Assembly (NCBI GenBank): GCA_030606285.1
Contig: JAUWGS010000005.1
Location: forward strand, 2,716 to 66,715
Source: Planctomycetales bacterium
GTDB lineage: Bacteria; 4484-113
Length of the DNA stretch: 64,000 bases
Reading direction: 5' to 3'
This document shows, one piece after another, positions 45,353 through 55,700 of the stretch. The translations under genes and the position numbers were made by a program. The notes beneath the pieces were generated by a model that worked only from the letters and a program-made list of their open reading frames with translations, was not told where the DNA came from and did not search any database. Position 1 is the stretch's first letter. Every line of letters starts with the position of its first letter.

Positions 45353-47215
45353 CTAATTCCTGGCGCCCTTCTGGAATCGCAGTCCCATCTTCTTGTACGC
45401 TCGGGCTTCTATGGGATGTTCATCCTCCAGAAGCTCCGCCAATCGAAGGTAGATCGAGGCGAAGGTTATGTTGTTTTCAATCCAGTTCGGGCGGGGGAAG
45501 TTGGGTGTGATGGGCTCCGTGATATCGCCGTAGCCCTGCATCGCTCTGATGAGAATGGAGCGCTCCCATCCCTCATTGCCTGCTTGCCTTGCCAGCCGCG
45601 CCAGCCCCCAGTGGTAGTGCGGCCGGTTAAACGGGTCCAGCCCAAGGGCATGCACGCCCCAGCCGATGCGCTTCTCCAAATCGCCTGCGGGAGGACACTG
45701 AGACATAAGATACGGCGCCTGGCTTTCGTATCTGTTCAGGTTCCACGCGTGCCCGGCAGACCTGGCCGCAGAAGCGAAATCGGGAGGACTCTCCCTGAGG
45801 GAAGCCAGGGCAAGGTCAATTTGAGTGCTTGCGTTCCAGCCCGCCATTGCAGACGTGGCCAGATTGCCCTGCTCCTTTCCTCTCCGTTCAGAAACGTACA
45901 ATACTCCCATCATAGCCACAACTACCATGGCCAGTGGCACGGCGATTCGCCAGACCCGATGAGAAGTAACAGCTTTGTCTGCTTCTGCACTCAGCACTGC
46001 GCCCAAAGACACCGCCGCGATTACTGCGAAAAACACCACGTTTGCCAGGTACGTGAAGTCGAAATCCACCAGCGCGTGGGCAAGAAAGCCAGCCAAGGCC
46101 GCCAGCATGAGCCTCTGCGGCCAGAGGTTGCCCGGCCTGAGAAGAGCGTTGGCGGTTCTGAGCTTGACTGAGTATTGCGCTACGAGCGCCGTGCCGAACG
46201 CCAGTCCCCACACGCCGGCCTCAGACATCGCTTTGAAGATGATGCCATGGGCATCTGTCGCGAAGTAGTGCCAGGACGGCTGAAGATAGGTGTAGTGAGA
46301 GCCGAAATTGCCCCAGCCCACGCCAAAAAGCGGGAAACGGGTGAACATCGACCAGGCCACAGACCAGAATGTCAGCCTGCCCTGTAGCGAGTAATCCGCC
46401 GCGTTCCAGATGCTGCTCAGACGAGCCGCCAGACTGCCATAGAAGCCGGTGAAGGCCAACAGCACCAGGATCGCAACCAGGAACCCAGAGGTCAGATACA
46501 ACGCCTTATTCCGCAGCTCAGCACCATCCCGCGGGGCTTCCTCTTGCACCTGACGAGGGCCACTTCTGCGCCCTGCAAGCGCCCAGAACAAGAGCAGCAG
46601 TGCCTGAAACGCCAGTGCTATGTAGGCGGCCCGGCTGAAGGTTAGCAGCAGAACGAGCAGAAGTATTGCGCCGACCAGAATGAAGGAGAGACCGCGCTGC
46701 CGGCGCACCATGGCAAACGCGAGGGGCCACGTCAATAGCAGAAAGGCTGCATAACTGTTATGCAAGCCAAAGGTCGAAAACAGATGCCTGTCTGGGGTTA
46801 TGTGTGTCAGACTCCATAAAAAGTAGAATAGCCCGTAGGGTGTTACGAAATAGAGGAATAGCCCGTAGAGCGCTACGAGCAGAGATGCAATCGCCAGCGT
46901 GCCAACAATGTCGGCACCTCCCAGCTTGCGGTTTCCCACGTAATGCGCCGCCAGGGCGTACGCGGATGCCGCCGATAGAAGCCACAGGGATACCTTGAGA
47001 GTTGGATACAGGTAAGTTGTCGTCAGAAGGCAGGCCAGAACGAACAAAATCCACAGGAGAATCGCCCTGGGGTTCGGCTTCAGTGTTCCAAAGGCGACCT
47101 CCCACGCGTAAAGCAGTGGAATGACGACAAGCCCCAGCAGCAGACCATACGAGCCGTTCCCGCCTTCAAACAGCGGCAGGAGCAGCAGCGCCAGCAGGAA
47201 GAGCATGCGACACAC
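45353..47215 (-). CDS. O-antigen ligase / O-oligosaccharyltransferase family (Wzy_C) with a TPR-like tail
   Basis: STFG..N.YAAFL, LTFSRAAY, R...W..A..MF...PLFGVG.GNF, AH, H.LVDF. Confidence 0.88.
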   Translation of the reverse strand: MCRMLFLLALLLLPLFEGGNGSYGLLLGLVVIPLLYAWEVAFGTLKPNPRAILLWILFVLACLLTTTYLYPTLKVSLWLLSAASAYALAAHYVGNRKLGGADIVGTLAIASLLVALYGLFLYFVTPYGLFYFLWSLTHITPDRHLFSTFGLHNSYAAFLLLTWPLAFAMVRRQRGLSFILVGAILLLVLLLTFSRAAYIALAFQALLLLFWALAGRRSGPRQVQEEAPRDGAELRNKALYLTSGFLVAILVLLAFTGFYGSLAARLSSIWNAADYSLQGRLTFWSVAWSMFTRFPLFGVGWGNFGSHYTYLQPSWHYFATDAHGIIFKAMSEAGVWGLAFGTALVAQYSVKLRTANALLRPGNLWPQRLMLAALAGFLAHALVDFDFTYLANVVFFAVIAAVSLGAVLSAEADKAVTSHRVWRIAVPLAMVVVAMMGVLYVSERRGKEQGNLATSAMAGWNASTQIDLALASLRESPPDFASAARSAGHAWNLNRYESQAPYLMSQCPPAGDLEKRIGWGVHALGLDPFNRPHYHWGLARLARQAGNEGWERSILIRAMQGYGDITEPITPNFPRPNWIENNITFASIYLRLAELLEDEHPIEARAYKKMGLRFQKGARN

Positions 47216-47244
47216 AACCTGATTCTAGCAGCTCAGGCGCAATG

Positions 47245-48852
47245 CTAGGCCATGGTCACATAAAATGTAAGGAAGTAGGCACCCCGCACGTACTCGTAAG
47301 GCGCGCCAACAAACATAAAGCCGAGGAAGAACACGAAGATGAACGGGATGAGCACAGCCAGCCGCTGGAAGAGGAAAGGCTCAAAGTATGTCTGTTGCTC
47401 CACTGTGGCTGGTTTCAGCAGGTACATCCGGCGGATCACGTCGAAGTAGTAATACGCGGCGATGACGGCGTTTACCGCACCCACAATAACTAGCAGCAAG
47501 TTGAGCGGGTTCAGGAACAATATCAGCGAAGCGAACACAAGGAACTTGGCGATGAAGCCCATCGTGGGCGGTATGCCCGTGAGCGCAAGCAAAAAGACGG
47601 TCATAAATAGCGCCAGGAAGGGCGAACGACGGAAGAAGCCGTTATAGCTATCCAGTGCGTCACTGCCACCGGAAATCTCGTTGAGCATTGCTATGAGGAA
47701 CGCACCCAGATTCATCATGAAGTACACCATGAGGTAGTAGAGTGCACTGTAGAACCCGATGTTCTCCGTGGCCCGGAATGCCGATGTGGCTGCAATCAGG
47801 GCCATCAATACATATCCCATCTGAGCGATGCCCGAGTACGCGAGTAAGCGCTTGAACGACCGCTGGCGCAAGGCCATGATGTTGCCCCAGAACATCGTTA
47901 GAATTGCGACAAACGCAACCATCGGCACCCACGCATCACTCACGGGCAGGAATCCGAGCATGAACAGGCGCATGAAAACCGCGAACCCCGCAACCTTGGG
48001 AAAGACGGAAAGGAAAGCCGCAACCGGCGTCGGCGCTCCCTCATAAGTGTCGGGAATCCACATATGGAATGGCGCTACGCCAATCTTGTAGCCGATGCCC
48101 ACAAGGATCATCGTGAACGCAAGGACAACCATCGGGTGGCCGGTCACCAGCCCTTTAACCTCAAGGAACGACTTCAAGTCGTAGAGGTTGGTGGACCCGC
48201 AGATGCCATAGATGAGCGCAATGCCAAACAGCAGTGTCGCCGAAGAAACCACCCCGTAGATGAATATCTTCAAGCCACTTTCCAGCGACCGGATGCTGTC
48301 CTTGTAGTAGGCAGCCATTATGTAGAGCATAATGGAGGCGAACTCGGTCATCACATATATCGCAAGCAGGTCGGATGAACCGACCATGAGGTCGAAAGCC
48401 ACGGTAGCCATCAACATCAGCACGATGAACTCGACGCGGTACTTCTTCAGCAGTCCGTAACCCATAATGACGAGGAAGAGGAAGATGTCGCCCCAGTCCA
48501 TCAGTTGCTTGAAGAAGAGCGCGAACGGATCGATCGTCTCAAGCCCCCCCCAGAAGGTCCCCAGCCCGTAGGTGAAATAGCGGGAGGTGAACTGCATCAT
48601 GTGCAGCGTCATGAGGAAGTTGCTCAATGCGCCGAATATCGCCAGCCAGATGACCAGATTCAGGTTCTCCTTGCGGGAGAAGACCCAGACGGCGATGATA
48701 AGGAGAATGGCAAGGACCAGAAACAGCTCGGGGAAAAGCAGGTAGTAGGCAGGATGATCGAACGCCCACTGGTTAAAGCCCTGTATCGGCTGCGAGAAGA
48801 TGTAGACCACTCGCCCCCAGATCGTGGTCAACAGGCTGATCAGGAAGTCCAT
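47245..48852 (-). CDS. nuoN: NADH-quinone oxidoreductase subunit N / antiporter-like subunit, orphan
   Basis: E...I..Y, ESGLKIF, KIGVAPFHMWIPDTYEGAPTPV.AFLS..PK, KRLLAYS.IAQ.GY, L.GIPP..GF.AKF. Confidence 0.9.
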   Translation of the reverse strand: MDFLISLLTTIWGRVVYIFSQPIQGFNQWAFDHPAYYLLFPELFLVLAILLIIAVWVFSRKENLNLVIWLAIFGALSNFLMTLHMMQFTSRYFTYGLGTFWGGLETIDPFALFFKQLMDWGDIFLFLVIMGYGLLKKYRVEFIVLMLMATVAFDLMVGSSDLLAIYVMTEFASIMLYIMAAYYKDSIRSLESGLKIFIYGVVSSATLLFGIALIYGICGSTNLYDLKSFLEVKGLVTGHPMVVLAFTMILVGIGYKIGVAPFHMWIPDTYEGAPTPVAAFLSVFPKVAGFAVFMRLFMLGFLPVSDAWVPMVAFVAILTMFWGNIMALRQRSFKRLLAYSGIAQMGYVLMALIAATSAFRATENIGFYSALYYLMVYFMMNLGAFLIAMLNEISGGSDALDSYNGFFRRSPFLALFMTVFLLALTGIPPTMGFIAKFLVFASLILFLNPLNLLLVIVGAVNAVIAAYYYFDVIRRMYLLKPATVEQQTYFEPFLFQRLAVLIPFIFVFFLGFMFVGAPYEYVRGAYFLTFYVTMA

Positions 48853-48862
48853 TGCGCGTCCC

Positions 48863-48899
48863 TAAAAAGACACAAGGCAACCGTGCTTGCCCTGTGTCC
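48863..48899 (-). terminator. Hairpin with U-tract between the pil operon and nuoN
   Basis: GACACAGGGCAA-GCACGG-TTGCCTTGTGTC-TTTTT on the minus strand. Confidence 0.6.
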
Positions 48900-48943
48900 T
48901 GGGATTATACAACAACTACTTGCGACTTACTGCAAACGGCCAG

Positions 48944-49810
48944 TTAGTCTTTGGGTATGTAGGTCTTAGTCTTGCTTACCGAACCGTATGGCGTAGAGTA
49001 CGTAAGGCCTATGGTCACAAGACTCTGACTGGCAGACACCACGGTGATCCGGAGTGTCTCCTGATACCCCATCGGTATACTAATGCTCGACCCTTCGGAC
49101 CTGGTGACAAGCTGCCCGTTGATGGACATGTTCACCCGCTGCACCAATCCGATCTGCATGACCGACCAGACTTCGATCTCGATTGAGTCGAGGACTGCGG
49201 TGCCGTAGGACTTGATTATGTACTCGAGTATCGAGTCGTAGTCCGTTTCACCGGAACGGGGAGGACGAATCTCCTCCGGGATGGCGCTGGTGACAATCAT
49301 GAGCGGGTCCGTCCTGCCCGTGTCCGGATAGGGAAGTTCTTCTTCGGGTATGACCGGAGTCTCACTCGCTTCGGCCTCTTTAAGCCGGGCCCGGATGATG
49401 TCGTTTGAGTCTATCTGCTCGAAAGCCGCGAGTTCATCCCTCTTTTCTTCCTGCGTAAGTAGGACCTCCGGTTCTGATGGCACCTCGCCGGCTCCCGGAG
49501 CCTCGCCGTCAACGCCAGGTATGGCCGGAGCCCCAGGAGTTGCTGCTTCTCCGGGAGCGGCTGGTCCCGTTGCAGCGGGCATATCAGCGCCTATGCCGGG
49601 CATAGCTATCTGAGCACCTCCTGCTGGCATCTTCTGCGCGGGTGGTGCAGCCTGCTCAGCAGGAGATTCCTCAGGCGCGATGTACTCGGGGATGTCTCCT
49701 GCGAAGTAGCCACCGCCAGCCATGAAGTTCCACAGAAGGTAGCCGCCTCCTAAGACAACGACTACTATCAGTATAATCATCAGATTCTTGTTCATTGGCG
49801 CGTTTTGCAT
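48944..49810 (-). CDS. PilP-like protein (by position), single TM with a Pro/Ala-rich linker
   Basis: N-terminal TM; Y...GRTDPL resembles the PilP RDPF motif; follows the pilO-like gene. Confidence 0.55.
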   Translation of the reverse strand: MQNAPMNKNLMIILIVVVVLGGGYLLWNFMAGGGYFAGDIPEYIAPEESPAEQAAPPAQKMPAGGAQIAMPGIGADMPAATGPAAPGEAATPGAPAIPGVDGEAPGAGEVPSEPEVLLTQEEKRDELAAFEQIDSNDIIRARLKEAEASETPVIPEEELPYPDTGRTDPLMIVTSAIPEEIRPPRSGETDYDSILEYIIKSYGTAVLDSIEIEVWSVMQIGLVQRVNMSINGQLVTRSEGSSISIPMGYQETLRITVVSASQSLVTIGLTYSTPYGSVSKTKTYIPKD

Positions 49811-49826
49811 ATCAATTCACCCAACC

Positions 49827-50630
49827 TCAGAGCTTCTTATCTCCAGGCATACCGGGAGGAACCTCGCCCGAAACCAGTCCTTCCGGATTCATAAAATACA
49901 CCGTTATGTAGATCTCGTACAAGGAGAACGTCCTGTACCCGTATACATTGTCATCTCCACCGCTATTCTTGAAACCGTGAACAGTCACGAAATAGGTGGA
50001 ATCCGTCTGCAGGTCTTTCACAAATTTCCGCAACCGCTCATAGGTCATCGTGAACTCGGTTATCTTTATGTGCATGGGTTCGAGGAAGTTGGCCATGCGA
50101 GCGGCGACTTCCCCGGTCCCCGTGCCCTCACCAATGTACTCCCAGGAGAACAGGTCCACAGCGTCTGTAATCGGCGGGAGCGTTTCGATCGGATCCATCT
50201 TGTACGTAACCTTGAACTTAATGTCAGGTTCGATCGCGATAGAGGCCGAGTAAATGTCGTGATTCATCAACACGTCCAGGAACCACAACTCGAAGAAGGT
50301 CACGATGTCATCCTGGCCCTTAAGGAAATAACGCTGCTCTTGTTCCAGTTTGCCGTCCATTACCGCATTTAAGTCCTCTGCTGTAGGGAGCATCCGGGCC
50401 TTGGTCTGAGCTACCTCGTTTGTTCGCTTCTGCTGCTGGATGCGGGCGTTAATAGAGTCGATTTCAGCGGTCTTCGCGATGTAGACGGACTTCCAGAAGA
50501 CGCCGATCGCAGCGACAATGATGATGGCGAACACAATGCCCACATTCAGCGGCGTGAATATCGGCTTGGGTGGCTTCCGCTCAGCAGGAGCCCCTCCTGC
50601 CGGCTTACCCCTATTAGGTGCTGAGGACAT
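49827..50630 (-). CDS. pilO: PilO-like type IV pilus assembly protein
   Basis: TM, coiled coil, TYERLRKFVKDLQ...FVTV ferredoxin-fold pattern; position after pilMN. Confidence 0.6.
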   Translation of the reverse strand: MSSAPNRGKPAGGAPAERKPPKPIFTPLNVGIVFAIIIVAAIGVFWKSVYIAKTAEIDSINARIQQQKRTNEVAQTKARMLPTAEDLNAVMDGKLEQEQRYFLKGQDDIVTFFELWFLDVLMNHDIYSASIAIEPDIKFKVTYKMDPIETLPPITDAVDLFSWEYIGEGTGTGEVAARMANFLEPMHIKITEFTMTYERLRKFVKDLQTDSTYFVTVHGFKNSGGDDNVYGYRTFSLYEIYITVYFMNPEGLVSGEVPPGMPGDKKL

Positions 50631-52599
50631 CCTTGGTTACCTCCTCAAGTACGTTCAGACCACTGATCGCTTCTTCCTGAACGAGGGCCTTGTCCTGCAA
50701 CTTGGTCGTAATGTCGAACTTGAACATGTAGCTCCCGACGAACATTTCCCGGGACTCGAAGTAATCTTCGATTGACCTACCTGCACGCATGCCCAATCGC
50801 GGCAGCTCGAAATCGGCAGGCATGCTCTCCGCGAAGTCACGGTTACCCAGCCCCTCACGGCTATTCCATGTCCTGCTACGCTGCGAGAGAATCCCCTGGC
50901 TAATATTGCGAGAAGCCGACAAACCGGAACCGTGTGGAGTCTGAGCACTCACAAGGCCCATTCCGGCGGCCCCACCACCGCCACCGGCACCGATGCCACC
51001 CTCGCCTGAGCCACTGCTCAGGCTCTCTACAGTCTCATTAACAGTCGTCTGGGTAAAGAAATCAGAAGAGTCGAGGGATATGGCGAACTGCATTATGTCA
51101 ATCCGGTCGACCGCAACCCCCGTCATAACGATTTCTTTGGTGGCAGCTTCGAAATCAATTTCATCTATGTAGCACGTGTCAGGGATCATGTTGCCCACCT
51201 CTTCCATGATCGCCGGCCACATAATCTGCCCCTTCACGAGGGCAAATATCTGGCTGAACTTCGGCTTCTTCGTAGAAATCTCGCTCTTTATCTGGTCGAA
51301 TTCGTCAGCGTCTCCCCTCCATTTAGCCTCTTCAGCCTGGACGTTCTGAAGTTCGGCGTTAGCGGCGCTTTCCTTGGCGGCCCAATCCACGTGCGAGTAA
51401 TACATGAACCCGACCATGATCAGAAGCAGCACAATGCCGATCTTGAAAACGTTCCAGGCTTGCTGACGGACGAAGTACACAGACGGAAGAAGGTTGTATT
51501 CGATCTTGCCCTTCTTGAAAAAGTCAACGCACAGCCCAGCGGCTACGATCATTTTCTCAGCGTTGTTGTGGAGTACGTCCAGCGCGTATACGCCTTGCTG
51601 GTACTGCACCAGCGAGGAAAGCGAGACCTCGCTGACCTCCAGACCGGTCTCCCGCTCAAGATAACCCGCCAGGTTCTTGAAATAGCGGATATTGCCGAAG
51701 AACATCAGTTTCCCGACGCGGTCGGTGCGCGCAGCTTGTGACTCGTAGTAACGCATCGAACGCACCAGCTCGGTCACGAAACTTGCGAACACGGCCATTA
51801 CAGCTTCGCGCAGGCGGTTGTCCTCCGTCGGGTCAACCTCTTCTTCCGCAAGCATGAGATCAACGGGCTCAGCCCGAAGGTATTCCTCAGCCTCGTGTAC
51901 GCCAACTCCGAGAAGCTGGGCGATCTTAGCGACGATGCTGTTGTAGCCCAGTTCGATCGACCGCGCCATCCTGAACGTGCCGTCGAGGAAGAAAGAGAGC
52001 TCGGAGATCGTGTCGCGCATGTCTACAATGCCCACCGACTGCGTGTAGCCCTCCAGCTTGGTGCTTAGAAGGTTCCATGAAGCGAGACTGGTGATCTTGA
52101 TAGCCCAGACATCAATGCCAGCGTACTGCAATGTGGTGACCAGCGACTGAATCGTCGAAGCTCGCGTGGCAACCAGCAGTATCTCCTGCATAGCCTGAGC
52201 TGCACCCTTGCGCTGTGGCAGCACCCGGTAATCGTAGACGGTATCGCCAGGCGGGAATGGAACGTACTGGTTTATCTGCAGGCTAATTGCCTGCCGCGTC
52301 TGCGGAGCACCCATCCGGGGCAGCTCAATGACTCTGGTTATCGCAGCTTTTCCGGACAGCGAGACTATGGCTTTCTTCGCGTTGATGCCATTGGTCTCCA
52401 GTATCTCCTTGATACGCTCAGCCAGGCCCCTCGCGTCGGCGATGCGCCCGGCCGAAAAGAACGCAGGTTCTATCTCGGCAATGGCGAAGCGCTCCAGGAT
52501 GTACTCGCTACCCGCCTTGGAGAGGGCAACGACCCTGATCTCGTTCGACGTAAGGTCAATACCGATATCGACCGTTCTTCCACCTTTTTTTCTGGCCAT
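50614..52599 (-). CDS. pilM: PilM-PilN fusion protein
   Basis: IGIDL.S..I.V, ITRVIELP, YVPF, ELVRSMRYY (PilM), then NLLP, TM, coiled coil, W...EEV...IP..C.I (PilN). Confidence 0.85.
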   Translation of the reverse strand: MARKKGGRTVDIGIDLTSNEIRVVALSKAGSEYILERFAIAEIEPAFFSAGRIADARGLAERIKEILETNGINAKKAIVSLSGKAAITRVIELPRMGAPQTRQAISLQINQYVPFPPGDTVYDYRVLPQRKGAAQAMQEILLVATRASTIQSLVTTLQYAGIDVWAIKITSLASWNLLSTKLEGYTQSVGIVDMRDTISELSFFLDGTFRMARSIELGYNSIVAKIAQLLGVGVHEAEEYLRAEPVDLMLAEEEVDPTEDNRLREAVMAVFASFVTELVRSMRYYESQAARTDRVGKLMFFGNIRYFKNLAGYLERETGLEVSEVSLSSLVQYQQGVYALDVLHNNAEKMIVAAGLCVDFFKKGKIEYNLLPSVYFVRQQAWNVFKIGIVLLLIMVGFMYYSHVDWAAKESAANAELQNVQAEEAKWRGDADEFDQIKSEISTKKPKFSQIFALVKGQIMWPAIMEEVGNMIPDTCYIDEIDFEAATKEIVMTGVAVDRIDIMQFAISLDSSDFFTQTTVNETVESLSSGSGEGGIGAGGGGGAAGMGLVSAQTPHGSGLSASRNISQGILSQRSRTWNSREGLGNRDFAESMPADFELPRLGMRAGRSIEDYFESREMFVGSYMFKFDITTKLQDKALVQEEAISGLNVLEEVTKDVLST

Positions 52600-52709
52600 A
52601 GGATCCCTCGCGGGATTTCAGATTACCCTAATAGTTTGACTAGAGAGCGGCGCTCTTGTTTCAACCGCAGCCGCCCCATTTCAAAACACATCGCGTCGGC
52701 CCTCAACAA

Positions 52710-55700
52710 CTACTTATCGTCTACCAGGTTCACAGTCAGCGTAATAAACACGTAGCTGTTGTCCTCAGACTTGGAGTGGTGCTGGAAGAAATTACCCACA
52801 AAGGGCAGTTTGCTGAGGAACGGCACCGCGAATATCTGGTCAGAGATTTCACGGGTCTGCAGACCGCCAATCAAAGCAGTCGAACCGTCACTCAGGCGGA
52901 AGTATGTGCCCAAGGACGTACTGGTGGTGGGCTGGAATGTCGCAGCTCCATCCGGAGACACCTGCTGCGGGCCATCAAAGTTGCTGATGTCTATTTCCAC
53001 GTACATCGTCATCCGACCCCAGTCGTCGATATTCACCGTGAAGTTGATATCAGTGCCGACCGTGACCTCATCGAAGGTGGACTGCCTGATCGCATTACCG
53101 TTCTGGTCGAAGGCAATGGTCTGGCGGAAATTGCCCCGTGTGCGGTCTACGGTTAGATAACCGTTGAATCCGTCTATGACAGCGATTTCGCTCTCCGTTA
53201 CCACCTTGGCCTTGCGCTCGGCGATTAGCGCGTCAAACGTTGCCGAGTAATTCTCGGGCAGCATAATCGTGTTTTTAGGTAGTATGCTGAGACCGAGACC
53301 TCCGTCTGCGTAGTCGAACACCCAGCGGCCCAGTCCTGTCGGTGCCTGCGCTGTTGCGGCGAGCATACCGTAGACTTCCTGCGGGTTCTCACTGACCTGA
53401 TAGACAGTGATCTTCACCGCAGCCTGCTTCGGCGGCTTGTCGATCTTCCGGATAATCGACTGAACCACATCCAGTGTGTCACGGGAGCCTCGCATCACAA
53501 CGAGTCCGCTCTTCGCGGTGGGAATCGGAATAGAACCTGCGCCACCGCCACCGCCAGCGCCGCCGGCACCGCCACCGCCAGCGCCACCGGCACCTCCACC
53601 GCCGGCGCCACCTCCGCCACCGGCACCGCCGCCTCCGCCGGGACCAACCTGCATCGGCTCGGTTCCGAAGTAGCCTGAAGTCATCGAGGAGCTAGCAGCT
53701 GCGTACGCGGAAGAAGGATAGTCTGCGCTATAGCGGCCGCCACCGCTGCTACCGCCGCCACCGCTGCTGCCGCCACCGCCGCCGCCGAACCCGCCACCAC
53801 CGCCGCCGCCGATGCCACCGCCGCGGCTCTCGTAAACATACCAGCCGACGGTCACGGATGGAAGCAGGTCAAGATTGAAAAGTATCTGGTAGATCTCGTT
53901 CGGATCAGCGTAGTGTAGCTGGTAGAAATCTATCTCGTTGGCGATGTCGATCTCCTGCTCCTTGCGCTCACGGCTTGTGATCAGGATGACCGGCTTCGCG
54001 TATGGATCGACCTCGTCACGATACACAATCTTCTTGAACTGATGAGTCTCGAGGATTATGTCAAGTGCAGTGTCCCACGGCACGTTCTCGAAGTTACCGA
54101 TGACTGATCCCGGCTCAGTAATCAACGCGTTGAACTGGGCGGCATCCCTGAAGCCAATCGGGCTGCCGTCGCCGCCGAGGTCCAGCGGATCCAGAACACG
54201 ACGATTCGCAACACCGCCAATAGGCTCATCGGTGATGTACGGGTCGATAATGATCGATATGCCCGCGATCTGGGACATCAGGTTCAGCACCTGGTACACG
54301 GAGAAGCCGGTCGACGCATTGAGGTTGACCAGTACGTCGGACAGCTTACCCTCGAACTCCTCGAAGCCAGGCAGCTCGTAATCGCCCACCTCGGACGTAC
54401 CCTCAATCTCCATACGCGGGTAGTCTTCGTCGGCATCAAGGCTGTCGTATACGTCATCCACGGTTGCCATGCTGCCATCGTCCGCATACCTGCCCTCGTC
54501 ACCGGACGTCTCAGAACCCAGGGTGTAAGAGCCCGCGCTCGGTGCTGGCTTCATGGGTTTCGGCTGGCGCTGGGGCAGCGTCATCGGTGTGAGCTCCAGA
54601 TCGAAGCTCTGACCGTTCAGCTTCCCTGTACGCGCGAATCCGTACTCCACTTTGTTATTAAATGAGAGGATTATGCGGGTGCATATCTCGTCGCCGACTA
54701 TGTACTCGGATACGGTCAGGTTGCGTACAAGCGGGTCATTCTTGAATATGTAGTTGGAGACCGCTTCTGAGGGCGGCAGGTCAATAAGGACATTGTATCC
54801 GCGCGGGAACTCTATCGGCACGACATGTGCCACCGTGGGTTCGCTCGCGCGTATTGCGAGGACCATCGTAGTGGGGTCGTAGTTAATGTAGTTCACAACA
54901 CCGCCGCTCGGCACGGTCGAATTGACCACATAGGACCGCTCCTCTGTCACTTCCACAGGCGGCTTCTCAGCCACCGGAGCCGGTGCGGGCGCAGTAGTCT
55001 CGACAATGGGGAGCACAACATTCCTGGCCTCTGGGAAGGAAATCCTGAGCACCCGGCCGCCGTCGCTGACTGCATCGTCGAACTTGATGTTCTGTAAGTT
55101 AAGGAACCCAACGACGATTCGCGTCCTGCAAGCGTCCCCCTCTGTGAGGAAGTAGGTGCGGATATCGCGTATAGCGCCTATGTTCTTCGCAATGAGCCCG
55201 TCCACCGTGGGTGACAGGGCCGCCTGGGGCAATATCAGCATAAGGGAGGGCGGGAACTTCGAGGTCGCGAGTTCGTACTCTATCGGCTCCTCAGCTTTGA
55301 TAACCAACGTGTGCATATCCCGCTCGAAATAGACTGCTGATATCAGATTGCCGGTGAAGGTAGCTGGAGGTGCAGGAGGCTCGGGCTCGGCAACTTCCAC
55401 CACAGGTTCCGGAACAGCCTCGGGCTGCGGAGGCTCCACATCGCCATTCAGCATGCCCATAGTGAGTTCACTACGGTCGGAAAGAGGATAGAACACTTCA
55501 AGCACCAGCAGCCCGTCTCGGGGGCGAGACCATCGATAAGCGTCATCGCCTACCTTACCCTTCACATCGAGATAGACCACGAGCACCACCGTGTCAGTAT
55601 CCCCTGCAACGAGCACATTCTTGATCAGTGTCGTCCCCTTCACCTGCGGGCTGACAGTCTTGAGCTCTGAACCAGAGAACTGTGCCTCGATGCGTGTGGG

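Noticed and set aside
44969..46171. 400-aa plus-strand ORF
   Set aside because: Antisense to two well-supported genes and without recognisable motifs
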